Shown here: positions 25,335-36,919 of the stretch, in pieces
Numbering within the stretch: the first letter of the stretch is position 1
Layout of the letters: each line of letters begins with the position of its first letter
Source: Octopus sinensis
Taxonomy: Eukaryota
Assembly: GCF_006345805.1 (NCBI RefSeq)
Contig: NC_043002.1
Location: 46,810,001 to 46,874,000 of the forward strand
Length of the DNA: 64,000 nt
Reading direction: 5' to 3'
Made by a program: the position numbers and the translations under genes
Notes under the pieces: model-generated
What the model was told of the DNA's origin: nothing
Database searches by the model: none
Seen by the model: the letters and a program-made list of their open reading frames with translations, nothing else

Positions 25335-27020
25335 CATGCGTCTTTCTAAAGGTGTCCGAACCGCGTTGAGTCTCATCTTTCAAAAAACGTTCCAAAGGCG
25401 ACCATCCCGTCCTGTAAAAAGAAAGTGTTCAAATTGTGCACATCCAGTTTATTTTAAAGCTTCCAAACCGTGACCACCTCTATTTTTTGTTTAGCCCAAA
25501 TCTCCATACCCAACAATCATTTTGGTTGACCCTAACGCCTTCCTTTCATTAGAGATATATACTACATCAAAGCTGATTTGGGGCTTAACAACAATGACAA
25601 CTAGCGATAAATTCGTTTATGTGCCTGTACAGCTGTTATCCAGCTATATTCCTTGCCACTTTCGTAGTTAAAATTCATTAAACATTATTTTAAATAAGAT
25701 CTGAAAAGTAAAAGATGGGATAATCACGTGCAGAATGCCTTTGATCATGTGACTACCTAGATCAGAGCTGACCAACAACTACGGGCTGATACAGCTCATC
25801 TAACGCGGAATTCTACTGTCACCACCCAGTCTGCTAGAAATAACAGCCAAATCATTACTGAAACGCCTTTCATTATACAAGCCTGTTGGATCAAGGATGA
25901 CCAAAGCCTAATCAACAATAACAACAACAGACAAAAACTATGCAGAGGTAGGGGAGATTCGTCAAGACAGATCGTGTGACCGCGTAATGGGATCCTCGTT
26001 AGCTGAGATTAAGTTTGTCGCCAGTTATAGTCGTTTCGGCATTCCAGCTACGACCATCCCATTTTGTTTTTTCAGTATTATTTGAAATATGTCTACTGTG
26101 CGTTATTATTTGGTTTTTAGTATTTCTATGGATTAGTCTAATAAGGAATGTAACTGTTATTTCTAATATATTGAGTGACAACAGTGCATTCACACGCGCG
26201 CACATATACAATCATAACACAAATTTGCGGTTCGTTATTATTTAACCCCAGGTCAGCTCTGATCTGGCAGACTTAAGACTGAAAACATTCCACATATGAC
26301 CATCCCATGATTTTAGCATAACTCGGACTACATTATTCAATGTCTTGAAAAAAAAAATTAAGTGTGAGATAAGGGAGATTTTAGCTTAAAAAAGTGAAAT
26401 GGTCACGGTTTTAAACGTGGAATGGACACGGAACACTTTTCGAAAAAGAATGGATGTTCACGGTTGGACTGCCTTTAGAAAAATGCAGTCACGCGTTGAC
26501 ATATTTCCGAGCCTTTTGTTATTTGTCTTCTCAGTTTGCACAACTGGTCCGTGCACTGAAGTGACTTCTTCAACCCCAGAGAACCTCCAGCACCCGAGGG
26601 TTCTCCATACAACCTGAATGTATGGAGAACTTAGAGTCCCGGACACCAGAATTCCTTTCGCACTCTGACTGGTATGGTTCAAAGGAGTGAAGAGTAATGC
26701 GTTTAGCACTAGCTTCGCTGCAGTAGTTCTCAGAGTAGTGTCCAGTAGAACACCAGACCGTCTTTGGAGTTCCCGACTCCAGATTTATAAGTTTTGCTCC
26801 CTAAACTTTCTATCTCATCGAGCCTATTCCAGGCATTTAGGTAGAGCTGTCCACTCGAAATAGTGATCTCAGCTATTTAACCATGGTCCAAAGCTACGCT
26901 CTACGCTTTTATTATCGTAAAAATTGACACCATCTCTTTAAACTTGAACACAATTGAGTTTTTAATAATATAAAAAATTTACGGAAAAAAATATATAAAA
27001 GAATACTAGAAAGTTAACAA

Positions 27021-27350
27021 ATCGCAGGCGTGGTTGTGTTGTAAGAATTTTACTTCCCAACCACATGGTTCCGCACTTAGTTCCACTGCGTAGCATCTTA
27101 AGCATGTGTCTTCCACATAATTGGATTTGGTAGACGGAAACTGAAAGAATGTGTGTGTGTGTTAAACACCATCGCTTGACAACCGGTGTTGGTTTGCTTG
27201 TTGTCCCCGTAACTTAGCAGTTCAGTAAGACAGACAAGATCGTATATAATATCAAGCTTTGTAAAAAGTACTGGGTCGATTTATTCGACTAAAAATTCTT
27301 CAAGGTGGTGCCTTAGTATGACCGCAGTTTAATGACAGGAACAAGTAAAA
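27021..27350 (+). mobile_element. SINE family A, internally deleted, CpG retained
   Basis: cgcaggcgtggttgtg...gtagacggaaactgaaagaa...catcgcttgacaaccggtg. Confidence 0.8.
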
Positions 27351-29003
27351 GTCAAGGTTTTCTGCCTTTAGTGAAACTAAACTCTTATACCAAGCCAAAG
27401 TGAAAGTCATTGTTTATTAAGCACCTAACAACACAACTTATTAAAATGCGCATTATGTAACTACAGTTTAGCGCCGTCAGCCCGCGATTTTTATTACTGT
27501 ATAATTTTCTGAAAAATGCATATTTTTAAATGAAACTTTACAGAGATACGTTTCTGAGAAACATGATTATGTTGTGATAATATTCAGAAACAAAACAACC
27601 TTTTTATGGCTTGAGAAGTGAATTTCGAGTCATCCTCTCCCCCACCACTAACCCCGTTAACTTTGTTACCACCAATTTTCCCTAAGTTGAACACTTTCCA
27701 CATTTTAAAAAGAATTTTATGTTCGAAACTCCAACATTACATAATATTATACACTATCGTAAATGTATTTCTGGAAAATGTCATTTAAAATATGCATTTA
27801 AAAGAAAGCCGTGAAGAAACGAAGTCGAGAGAGGAGAATAATCTCAAACTCTTTAAAATAAATGTTAACATAATCGTAATCTACACCCTCGGAAACGTAT
27901 CACTGTAAAATTACATAAAAAAATACGCGTTATTTAGTAAGTTGTGAAGAAAAAAATAAAATCGGAGGTAAGAATCACCAAAGTGTAGTCATGCACGTTT
28001 ATCTTTTTCAATTCGAACATAACTCAGAGTTGAGAAAAATCCCTCGTTTAGTGACTTTTGAACACACACACACACACACACAAACAAAATTATATTATTT
28101 TTATTTAAGGACTGCATATATAACTTGTTTTATTTCAAATGTTGAAAACATGACGGAAACAAACCGTTGATATTGGTGTTCAGATCATTACTTCCAAAAC
28201 GGAATAGAAATAGCTTATCAAAATTAAGATAATTAGTTTTCTCTGTTAAAACATGCCCACCGCCACTCTCTATACAAAAAGTTAAACAAGGAATCACTTG
28301 TGGCTTTTATCAAAAAAAGTTCTTAAATCTCCGGCCACGAACATAAGTGTTGGGAACTAAGTGATAATTAAAGTGTTCAAATTCAAACCTGAATTATTTT
28401 TTTCATAACGTAATTGAAATGACCAAGTTCGTAAACTGGAAATATATTCTCCGATAATTCAATAGCCCTTACGTTCTTTCATCTAAATATGCACTAGTTT
28501 AATTGAAACAGAATTTAAAACAGGAACAATATGTTACGATTTCTTAAAATCACAGAAAGGTACATAGTCGGCTGCTTCGACCTTAGTACCTATTGACTTC
28601 GAGTGGGGAAAGACAGCGAACAAGGACTTTTTAAAAAATAAATAATAAACATTAACCATAATTCTTTCTATTATTATTTTTTTTTTTTTGTAATTGTGTT
28701 CTTTTAAAATAATAATGGTTCATAGACACAACGTTACAGATATGAGGGTAGTGGTGACTATCTACCCCGAAGTTATAAAAGTGAAGTCAGCCGCAACGAG
28801 ATGTTCCGCTACAGTCTACCGTTGGTCCACTGTAGGCGAGTGTTTCGATTTATTTCTTTGATGATCTCATCACTTGTTACTGCGACGTATCTTAAGGAAT
28901 TTTCATAACTTTTCTAGCATGAGTTGTTTTCCGTAATTCCACTTGGAAAGACCCCGCCCCTATTTTCTCGCAAATTATTGGCTTAATTTTTTTTTTTTTT
29001 GCC

Positions 29004-29324
29004 AAAAACCCACGTTTTCGTATACTAATATTCCGGAAAATTGCTAAAAATCGGAATTTTTTTGCCCTCTCCCCATTCTTCAATTTTCCCTTTTTTTCCG
29101 TAGACCTAATCATAAAATCCCAACCCTAACCCTAAAACCCTAAGTCGAAAAATGTTTGGAAATTTTTTTTCAGAATCTTAATCCCCGTTTTTTCCGCATA
29201 TTTTGACAAAAAAAAATTGTGAAAAAAGTTGAAAAATGAAGAATTGGGGGGGGATTTAAAAATGCCGATTTTTGCCAAATTTTTTTGCTGATTCGTATTC
29301 TCCGTAGCCGAAAACAAGGGTTTG
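29004..29324. mobile_element. Foldback-like element with central TAACCC repeats
   Basis: Diverged inverted arms 29004-29088 and 29231-29324; aaccctaaccctaaaaccctaa at 29122-29143. Confidence 0.55.
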
Positions 29325-29755
29325 TGTACAAAAAAAAAAGGGTGTTTAGGGGGTGTACAAAAGGAAGTCTTGTCTTCCGGAACCGCTTCCCCACCCAATT
29401 ATTGTGTGTGGAGAGAGAGAGAGAGATGAAAGTAGAGTGCTACGTATGAAAAAAAAAAAGAAAATATCAGTTAATTAGTACGATGTAGGATATTACTGGT
29501 AAATTTTATTAAAACGGGAAGAGAAAGTAAAAATTAACTAGCGTTAAGAGATTCTGTCTAGTTCTTTACGATTTCGGTTACTTTTCCCCCCATCCGTTCA
29601 TTTTTACACCATCGGCATGAAACCTGTAGTGGGCTAACAGGATGTTATATTCATGATTCACGACCTCATTGCGACTAAATAAAGAGAAATTCGAAATCGC
29701 AATCAACGTAAATGTGATAACAAAGGGAAGTAACTGTCAGACCTCTGTCCCAGCC

Positions 29756-29788
29756 TGAGTCAGTCCGGCGTAGTTTAAGCTTGAGTCA
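29756..29788. promoter_or_regulatory. Paired AP-1 consensus sites
   Basis: TGAGTCA at 29756-29762 and 29782-29788 at the right edge of the CpG-rich domain. Confidence 0.35.
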
Positions 29789-30147
29789 TCTCCCAGTGTT
29801 AGTAGTTTCCTATCTGTTACTCATCCTTTCATTATCCAACTTAAATTTCCAAAGTGAACAAAGAACTGTTTTGGAGCTGAGAAATGCGTCCAATGCCGAA
29901 TCTCTATGGATCCCTCTTCCAAATTCAATGAGCCACCTAACGGAAGAGTGTGAGTGTGTGGTGGAGGGGAATGTGCCTCAGTAAGAAATCAATAATGACG
30001 AAAAGCAATGAATCTGTGTTTAATTAAGTCAAATGTTGAAAAATAAATATTTCATGAATATAAAAAAAACTAATGTCGTATATTTTGGGGAGAGAGCGTG
30101 AGAAGTTATAATATTTATACCTTTTCTAAGTTATGAATTACGTGAAA

Positions 30148-30207
30148 AACGTTCAAATTAAGCTACACCACCAGGTAATTCAGGTGGTGCAACTTAATTT
30201 GAACGTT
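30148..30207 (-). ncRNA. Candidate intronic pre-miRNA-like hairpin (60 nt)
   Basis: 25-bp stem, 10-nt loop; both mismatches become G.U on the minus (host) strand. Confidence 0.3.
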
Positions 30208-30287
30208 GGTATTATCTAATTGCAAAATATTTACCTAATCAGCAAAATGATAGTTTAAAATTACTAAATGTCACACAAGTTATAATT

Positions 30288-30670
30288 AAAATAGATTGTT
30301 GCAGTTATAAATTAAGATAGGAATAAAGATTAAGAAATATAGAATCTATGATTCATAGCATTTTAATAAATTAAATTATTTCATTGGCAAGTGAACTTTA
30401 AGTTTTCATTTTAAAATTAATCTTGCTCTGATTGTAATAATGCCATTTAACCCCAGTTTTGCACTGATTAAGTGCAGTCACACTAATTATAAACAGGGCT
30501 GCAGTAATAAATTAAGACAGCAACAAAAATTAAGAGATATAAAATCTATGAGCCATGATGCTTTAATAGATTAAATATTTCATTGGAAATTGAACCTTAA
30601 ATTTTTTATTTAAAAATTACTTTTGCTCTGAGAGTAGTTTGCCATTTAACCACAGGTCTGCATTGATAGA
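30288..30670. repeat. Diverged tandem duplication, ~200-bp period
   Basis: Shared anchors aatctatga (30342/30543), tttcattgg, ttgctctga (30423/30623), tgccatttaac. Confidence 0.75.
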
Positions 30671-32136
30671 AAGGACCATCCTATCTTTTTTAAGAGTATT
30701 TAGGAATACATTATCCAATATGAACTTTCTATTTTCCAGGTGACAGTGTGATTAGAGGAACATTTGACTGTCATTTTTAGCGAGCTGAAGGAGAACAAAA
30801 GATTCCTTTGTTGGTTTGCTACTAGTAATATATCTGATATATTTTCTAGATGTAAACATAATGGGTTTTAGTTTAAACAACTGGAAAATTTTTATATAAA
30901 AAAGAAATCTATATTCTGAGTATAAGAGGCAAGGATTAAACAGAAAGTGATGAGCTATGGTGATAGTCATTCTTTGATCTCATAGTTGAAACCACTCCAT
31001 TTATATTGCAGATGCTTTAGAAAAGGCATCGACATCACAACACCACCATATTTTCAGGTGAATAATAATATTGCAATTATCTTCAATGATATGGCATGAA
31101 TATAGATACTTTTAAGGTAAGGTCAAATAAATGTTGAAATACTGATTTCAAATTTTGGCACAAGACCAGCAATTTCAGGGAGGAGTAAGTTGGTTACATC
31201 AATCCCCAGTACTCAACTGGTACTTATTTTATTGACTCCTGAAAAGATGAAAAGCAAAGTTGATCTCAGCAGAATGTGAAGATGGATAAAATGCTGCTAA
31301 GCATTTTACCAGTTCATCACCTTTAAGTGTTGAAATAATATAAGAGAATTTTGTTTTACTATCCCAATTTTTTAGTTTGTTTTTTAAATTCAATTAGTTT
31401 TCATGTTGAAACTTCAAACCAAAAGAGGAGAGAATTAAGTGGGGTGAGGAATTGTATTGAATTTTAAAACTGATATGGAAAACCAAATGCAAATCTGAAA
31501 TTCACTAAAACAAATTGACTATATTTAGCTTATATGCTTGTGATCTGTATTCAAATTAATTTTTTTTATTTCATAATTTAAAACTTGAAGTAACATTCAG
31601 TATATATAAACTGAATTTTCAAGTTTAGAATTTCCTTTCCAAATTCTGGAAAAATCTGAAAATTCAAACAACAACAACAAAAAAAGAAAGCTTGTTTAAA
31701 TGAATTTGAATCAATATTTCCATCTCTGGACTAACGGTCTATCTGTACTCAAGTTATGCAACTCTGTACCATACCACTTAACACCAATAAAAGGCATGTT
31801 ACCAGATTGCTAATATACACTCTCAATATTCCACACCAATATTCCACACAGGAGAAATTATATGGTTGCTTGACTTAACAGAATTTTGCAGAATCATTCA
31901 ACTGAGTCTAGCTAGAGTAATACTAAAAGTATTTCAGTTCTTTATTTGTTGCTTCCAATAAGTGGAACTGGAGTATATCAAAACAAAATCTACACAGTAA
32001 ATTCCTCTTTCTCTATTCTTCAGTTTATACCTACTTGTAGAGCATATAAAACAGTATGCTTCAGATTACAATTGACCTTATTTATCCAGGATTTCTTTAG
32101 TTATCACTAAGAAGATACTTAAATTTCATGAACCCC

Positions 32137-32528
32137 TGGTACAGACATGGCTGTGTGGTTAAGTAACTCATTTTGCAACCATATGATTTTGTGTTCAGTT
32201 CCACTGTGTGGCACTTTGGTCAAGTGTCTTCTATTATAGCTCCAGGCTAACCAATGCCTTGAGAGTGAATTTGGTAGATGGAAACTATGTGGAAGCCCAT
32301 CATATGTATATGTGCATGCATATGTATATTTGTGTTTGTTAACCCACCTCACACTGCTTGACAACCGGTATTGGTTTGTTTAAGTCCCCATAACTTAACA
32401 GTTTGGTAAGAGAACAACAAAATATGTACCAGACTTAAAGAAAACCTAAGTGCTTTGGTTGATTTCTTTGGCAAAAACTCTTCAAAGTGGTGCCCCAGCA
32501 TGATTTGAACAAGTAAAAGATAAAAGAC
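32137..32528 (+). mobile_element. SINE family A
   Basis: Full head, centre and tail. Confidence 0.82.
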
Positions 32529-32788
32529 CTAAAATCTGAGTACCTTTTGATGTTACTCTTAGAGGACAGATGACCAAAACAATGACACTTTCTTCATCTG
32601 ATAATGCCCTCAACATTGAACAAACTAAAGTGACACTAAATTTAACAAGGATTTTCTCATCAAGAAATCTGTAGTGCAAATCTATCTAATCATAGCACTA
32701 TCATTAGGTTTGAAGACATTGCAAATGAAAAAATAGTAAAAATTTTAGCATATAAATTAAAGCTTCAATGATTAAAGCAAAAACTTAC

Positions 32789-32902
32789 TTTCCAAGTCGA
32801 TAGTCATCGTCTCCGTACTTTAGGTACTTGACTAAACACTGGACACCATCTTTATGTGATCCATTGAATGAAGGCCATGTTGAAGGACATAAGGATTTAT
32901 AC
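32789..32902 (-). CDS. MYO1C: Myosin I converter exon YKSLCPSTWPSFNGSHKDGVQCLVKYLKYGDDDYRLG(K)
   Basis: 114 nt, phase 2/2; acceptor tttccaacag, donor gtaagt. Confidence 0.96.
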
Positions 32903-33484
32903 CTGTTGGAAAGAAAATTTTATTTAAAGCAAGAAATTTGTTTTTAAATATTTAATATATTTCATCTTCAGAATGTAACCAAAAACTAAGTTCAAGTTGC
33001 TATGCAGAGCTTTTCAGTATGTTTAATACACAATTTCAGTGTCTATGGTATTCTATTAATACACACTTTTTACATATATAATCACTATTGACCACATAAA
33101 CTCAGTCCATGTGCCTTGCTTGTTTGCTGGTAGACTGTGATTTGGTGCAGTGAGGATGACCCCCTCAAAGCACTGGGTGTTAAAACACCTGAAAGTCAAA
33201 GAGAGGCAAGACAACTCACCCAAATTCCATTCAAGAGCAAAGGTCATTGATGTTTCATCACTTTTGTGACTTATCAACATTGCACACTTGAACCAAACTG
33301 GAGATGAACTGTTAATGTTTACAACAGTAGCACTGTTTCTAATTCATATTTGAATATCTAATCGCACTGAAAGATATGGTAGGACTCAAGGATCTAACCG
33401 TATACTATAACTCCCAATCTATGAATTGTTAAAAGAGCTAAAGTATTTAAAATGATTTTATATTTTGTGAATACAATTGCATTG

Positions 33485-33712
33485 GAAATACCTATTTCTT
33501 TACCACCCACAAGGGGACAAACAATGACAGACAAACGGATTAAGTCAATTACATCGACCCCAGTGCGTAACTGGTACTTAATTTATCGACCCCGAAAGGA
33601 TGAAAGGCAAAGTCAACCTTGGCGGAATTTGAACTCAGAACATAACAGCAGACGAAATAGCGCTAAGCATTTTGCCTGGCGTGCTAACGTTTCTGCCAGC
33701 TCGCTGCCTTAA
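33485..33712 (-). mobile_element. SINE family B, young
   Basis: Reverse copy with CpGs intact. Confidence 0.9.
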
Positions 33713-35009
33713 AATACCATCTAATATTGCTTTTCATAAAGACAAGAAAAAAATTACCCTACATTTGTAATACATTTTAGTATCCACATATATAGATTTA
33801 CAGTCAGAGAATAGAAAGAACTAGAAAGCAGCCAGAAAGAAAGTTACCAATCTTGTTTTCATAAAAGATAATTTTGGTATAAATATGTCTTTTATTCAAC
33901 AGTAGAATAGATAGGTGGTGAGATAAAGGAATATTTAAAGATGTTGCTTCTTGAGTAAAATGGTCACATTAAAAATTGAATATGCAAATTTGGGGTTAAA
34001 TTCCTTAGAAAATGAATGCAAACAGGAATTTCAAGGAATAAAAACTTAAAGCAGGATCTTCTACTCAAACTCATTCTGGATTTTTCAACGAAATCAAATA
34101 GTCAGCAGACTGCTGTTGATCAATTTTGTAGTGAAACATCATAATTAGTATGTTGGTTTATATTAATATATTTAAGAATGCAACAAACCAAATCAAAGAG
34201 AAAACAAAAGTGAATATTTAATTAAAAATATTAAACTGAAATGAATACCTCATTTAAAAGTTCCAAGATTTTATACAATTGATGTACTTCAGAAGTTAGG
34301 TTTAATTAGGATTGATTTTTTTTATACTCCTGTTTAATTAATTTGTTTGATGCTAATTAATGTCTCATTGGAAGTATGATGATCAGCGTAACAACAGATC
34401 AAAAGTGTGTCAATAATAATAAAAAAAAGTGTTTCTTGCTTAAATTCCAGCTTCAGAACAAAAACAATACCAAACAATCAAGAAAACCAAGGGAGGGGTA
34501 CAGCCTATATGTAGTTAACTGACCAGCTCATGTAATGTTGAAATGTTCTCAAGAAATTCTATTATTTTTAAAATGAATTTCTCATTGTAACATATACACT
34601 TTCAGGAAGGGCAATCCAACCAACTCCATAATAAAAACATGATGGCCAAAGAAAAACACTGATCTATAAATGAACCAAAGAAAGAGTCTCTCTGTGGTCA
34701 TTCAATCTGCTAGAAATAGCATCCAAATTCCTTCATATTACATCTATTTTAAAAAGGACACATCATTTTAGATATCCCTAAAAACCAGAATGTTCGCAAC
34801 TGACCTAAAACTAAAAGCCACTACCACCAACAACAACTTGGTTCAAACAAACAAAGCACCTTGTGCAAAGTGTCTTCTACTATAGCCCCATGTCAATTAA
34901 AGCCTTGTGCATAAATTTGGTAGATGGAAACTGAAAGAAGTCAGTTGTGTGTGCAGTCCAACCCATGCTAGCATGGAAAGCGGACGCTAAATGATGATGA
35001 TGATATATA

Positions 35010-35040
<31 letters not shown>

Positions 35041-35048
35041 GTATATAT

Positions 35049-35763
35049 CAGAGGTGACTCCAGATCATCAGCTTTACTCAGGCTCATCACAGATTTCGCA
35101 TAAAACGCATGCCTGCTCGATGAATTTCACGTTTTTCCGCAATACTTTTAGCCCCAAATAGCTTATTTTTTTTATATCTAGCACTATGTATTTCTCCATT
35201 TCTAAGTTAAGGGTAAAAATAAAGCAACCTTGCAAAGCACAATTGATCTTAACACACAGACGCACAAAATAACAGTAATCAAATAACAGCAGAGTGCACA
35301 ACAAACATCAGTGATTTGACTATTGCTTGTTCTCTTGACAAAAGATGCCAGTTAGTCTTTTACACCTGCCAGGCTCGTTCATACTAGTTTGAGTTGCTGA
35401 ATAATTTTTCGTTCCTTTAAGAATATTGTAGAACGGAAACTTTTTATGTATTGGAATTTAAATCCTTGAATTTATTTCTTCAAGAAAACATCGAATTTGA
35501 ATTACTTTTTAATTTTTATGAGTCAGGCACGTGTGAACGATGCCGAGAGAACTGATAATTTGTGACACAGGACACCTCTAAGATGACTGCCAGATGCTGA
35601 ACAAAAACAAATGAACTGCAACCAGGCTCAATAAAAGAGGCCTGAGTTATTGGCTGCAATTACATACTTGAAGTCAGTGTCGGCAGAAATTAAATTGGCT
35701 TGCAAATACATGTTCACTTCACTAAATTTATACTTGGGCTAAGCCTGAGTGCCAGAGTTGCCA

Positions 35764-35766
<3 letters not shown>
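35049..35766. mobile_element. hAT-like non-autonomous element inserted in (TA)n
   Basis: Imperfect CAG...CTG TIRs (cagaggtgactcc / agagttgccactg); flanks gtatatat / atatatat. Confidence 0.55.
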
Positions 35767-35797
<31 letters not shown>

Positions 35798-36184
35798 AAC
35801 ATTGCATGATAATTGTAAGTGATCATCACTGTCATACAAGTGGTGTCGCTTATTTCTAATCTTCCATGAAAACCTATCTGACTATGGGTAAATATTGCTT
35901 TGCTTGGAAACAGGTGGGGGATGGTGGCAGGTAGAGTATCAGGCCATAGAAAATCTGCCTCAAGGAAATCAATCCGATCCATGCAAACATGGAAGGGTGA
36001 ATGTTAAAATAATAGTGATGTAGCAAGTATCATTAGGCTGTGTCTTTTGCTCCAGGACATGACACAATAACTCTAATGATATTTGAACTTATCACTGTGC
36101 AGTCAGTAATCCAAATCTTAACTTAACAGCCCTCCCTTGATATTTAATAAAAAGATTTCTTGAAATTGGTCAAGTCTTACTGAA

Positions 36185-36520
36185 GATATGGCTGTGGAGT
36201 TAATCAGCTCACTTTTCAACCATGTGGTTTTGGGTTCAGTCCAATATGCAACCCTTGGGCAAGTATCTTCTACTATAGCTCTGAGCTGACCAATGTGTTG
36301 TGAGTGAATTTGGTAGCTGGAAGCCTGTCCTATTTATGTTTGCTTCCCACCACCACTGGACAACCAGTTAGTTTGTTTAGATCACTGTAACTTAGTGGCT
36401 AGGCAAAATAAGCAAATAAAATAAGTACCAGAATAAAATGAATGGAATTGAATTGACAAAACTTTTCAAGGTGGTACCCCAGCATGGCAACAATTCAACT
36501 ACTTAAACAAATAAAAGATA
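36185..36520 (+). mobile_element. SINE family A, diverged
   Basis: Head ggctgtggagttaatcagc...ccttgggcaagtatcttctactatagc. Confidence 0.72.
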
Positions 36521-36801
36521 GAAGATTCTACTCTTTATGTATCATATCTGTATATCTAAGACATTGGGATTTTGTCTCCTTGTTATTCAGTCAATTGTCT
36601 CCACACCACAAGTCTGTTCAAGTATTGTTGACTAAGGTTATCCAACAATGTCATCAGTCATATGAAAAGTAAAACTGATATATGTTTCAACCAAGCCACA
36701 TTCTCATGCATTATTATTTGCATGATGCACAAATAGATTTTAAAGAATTTAACAAGGTTAAAATATATAAACAAACTGTTTATAGAATCTTATTTATTTA
36801 C

Positions 36802-36919
36802 CTTTTCAAGAAAACTTCGTATGGTCTTCTGTAAGCAAAGCCAGCTCTTCGTACACGTAGATTTTCCATCAGACCAAGGTATTTCACCTGATGACTAACA
36901 ATTTGGTCATCAAAGAGGT
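36802..36919 (-). CDS. MYO1C: Myosin I motor exon [38 protein letters not shown](R)
   Basis: 118 nt, phase 1/2; acceptor tctataattag, donor gtaaat. Confidence 0.97.

Noticed and set aside
26600-26630. 11-13-bp hairpin gttctccatac/gtatggagaac
   Set aside because: Too short for a pre-miRNA, with no U-tract or other supporting feature.
29122-29143. Telomere or chromosome-fusion scar
   Set aside because: Only about three imperfect units, embedded between the inverted arms of a repeat.
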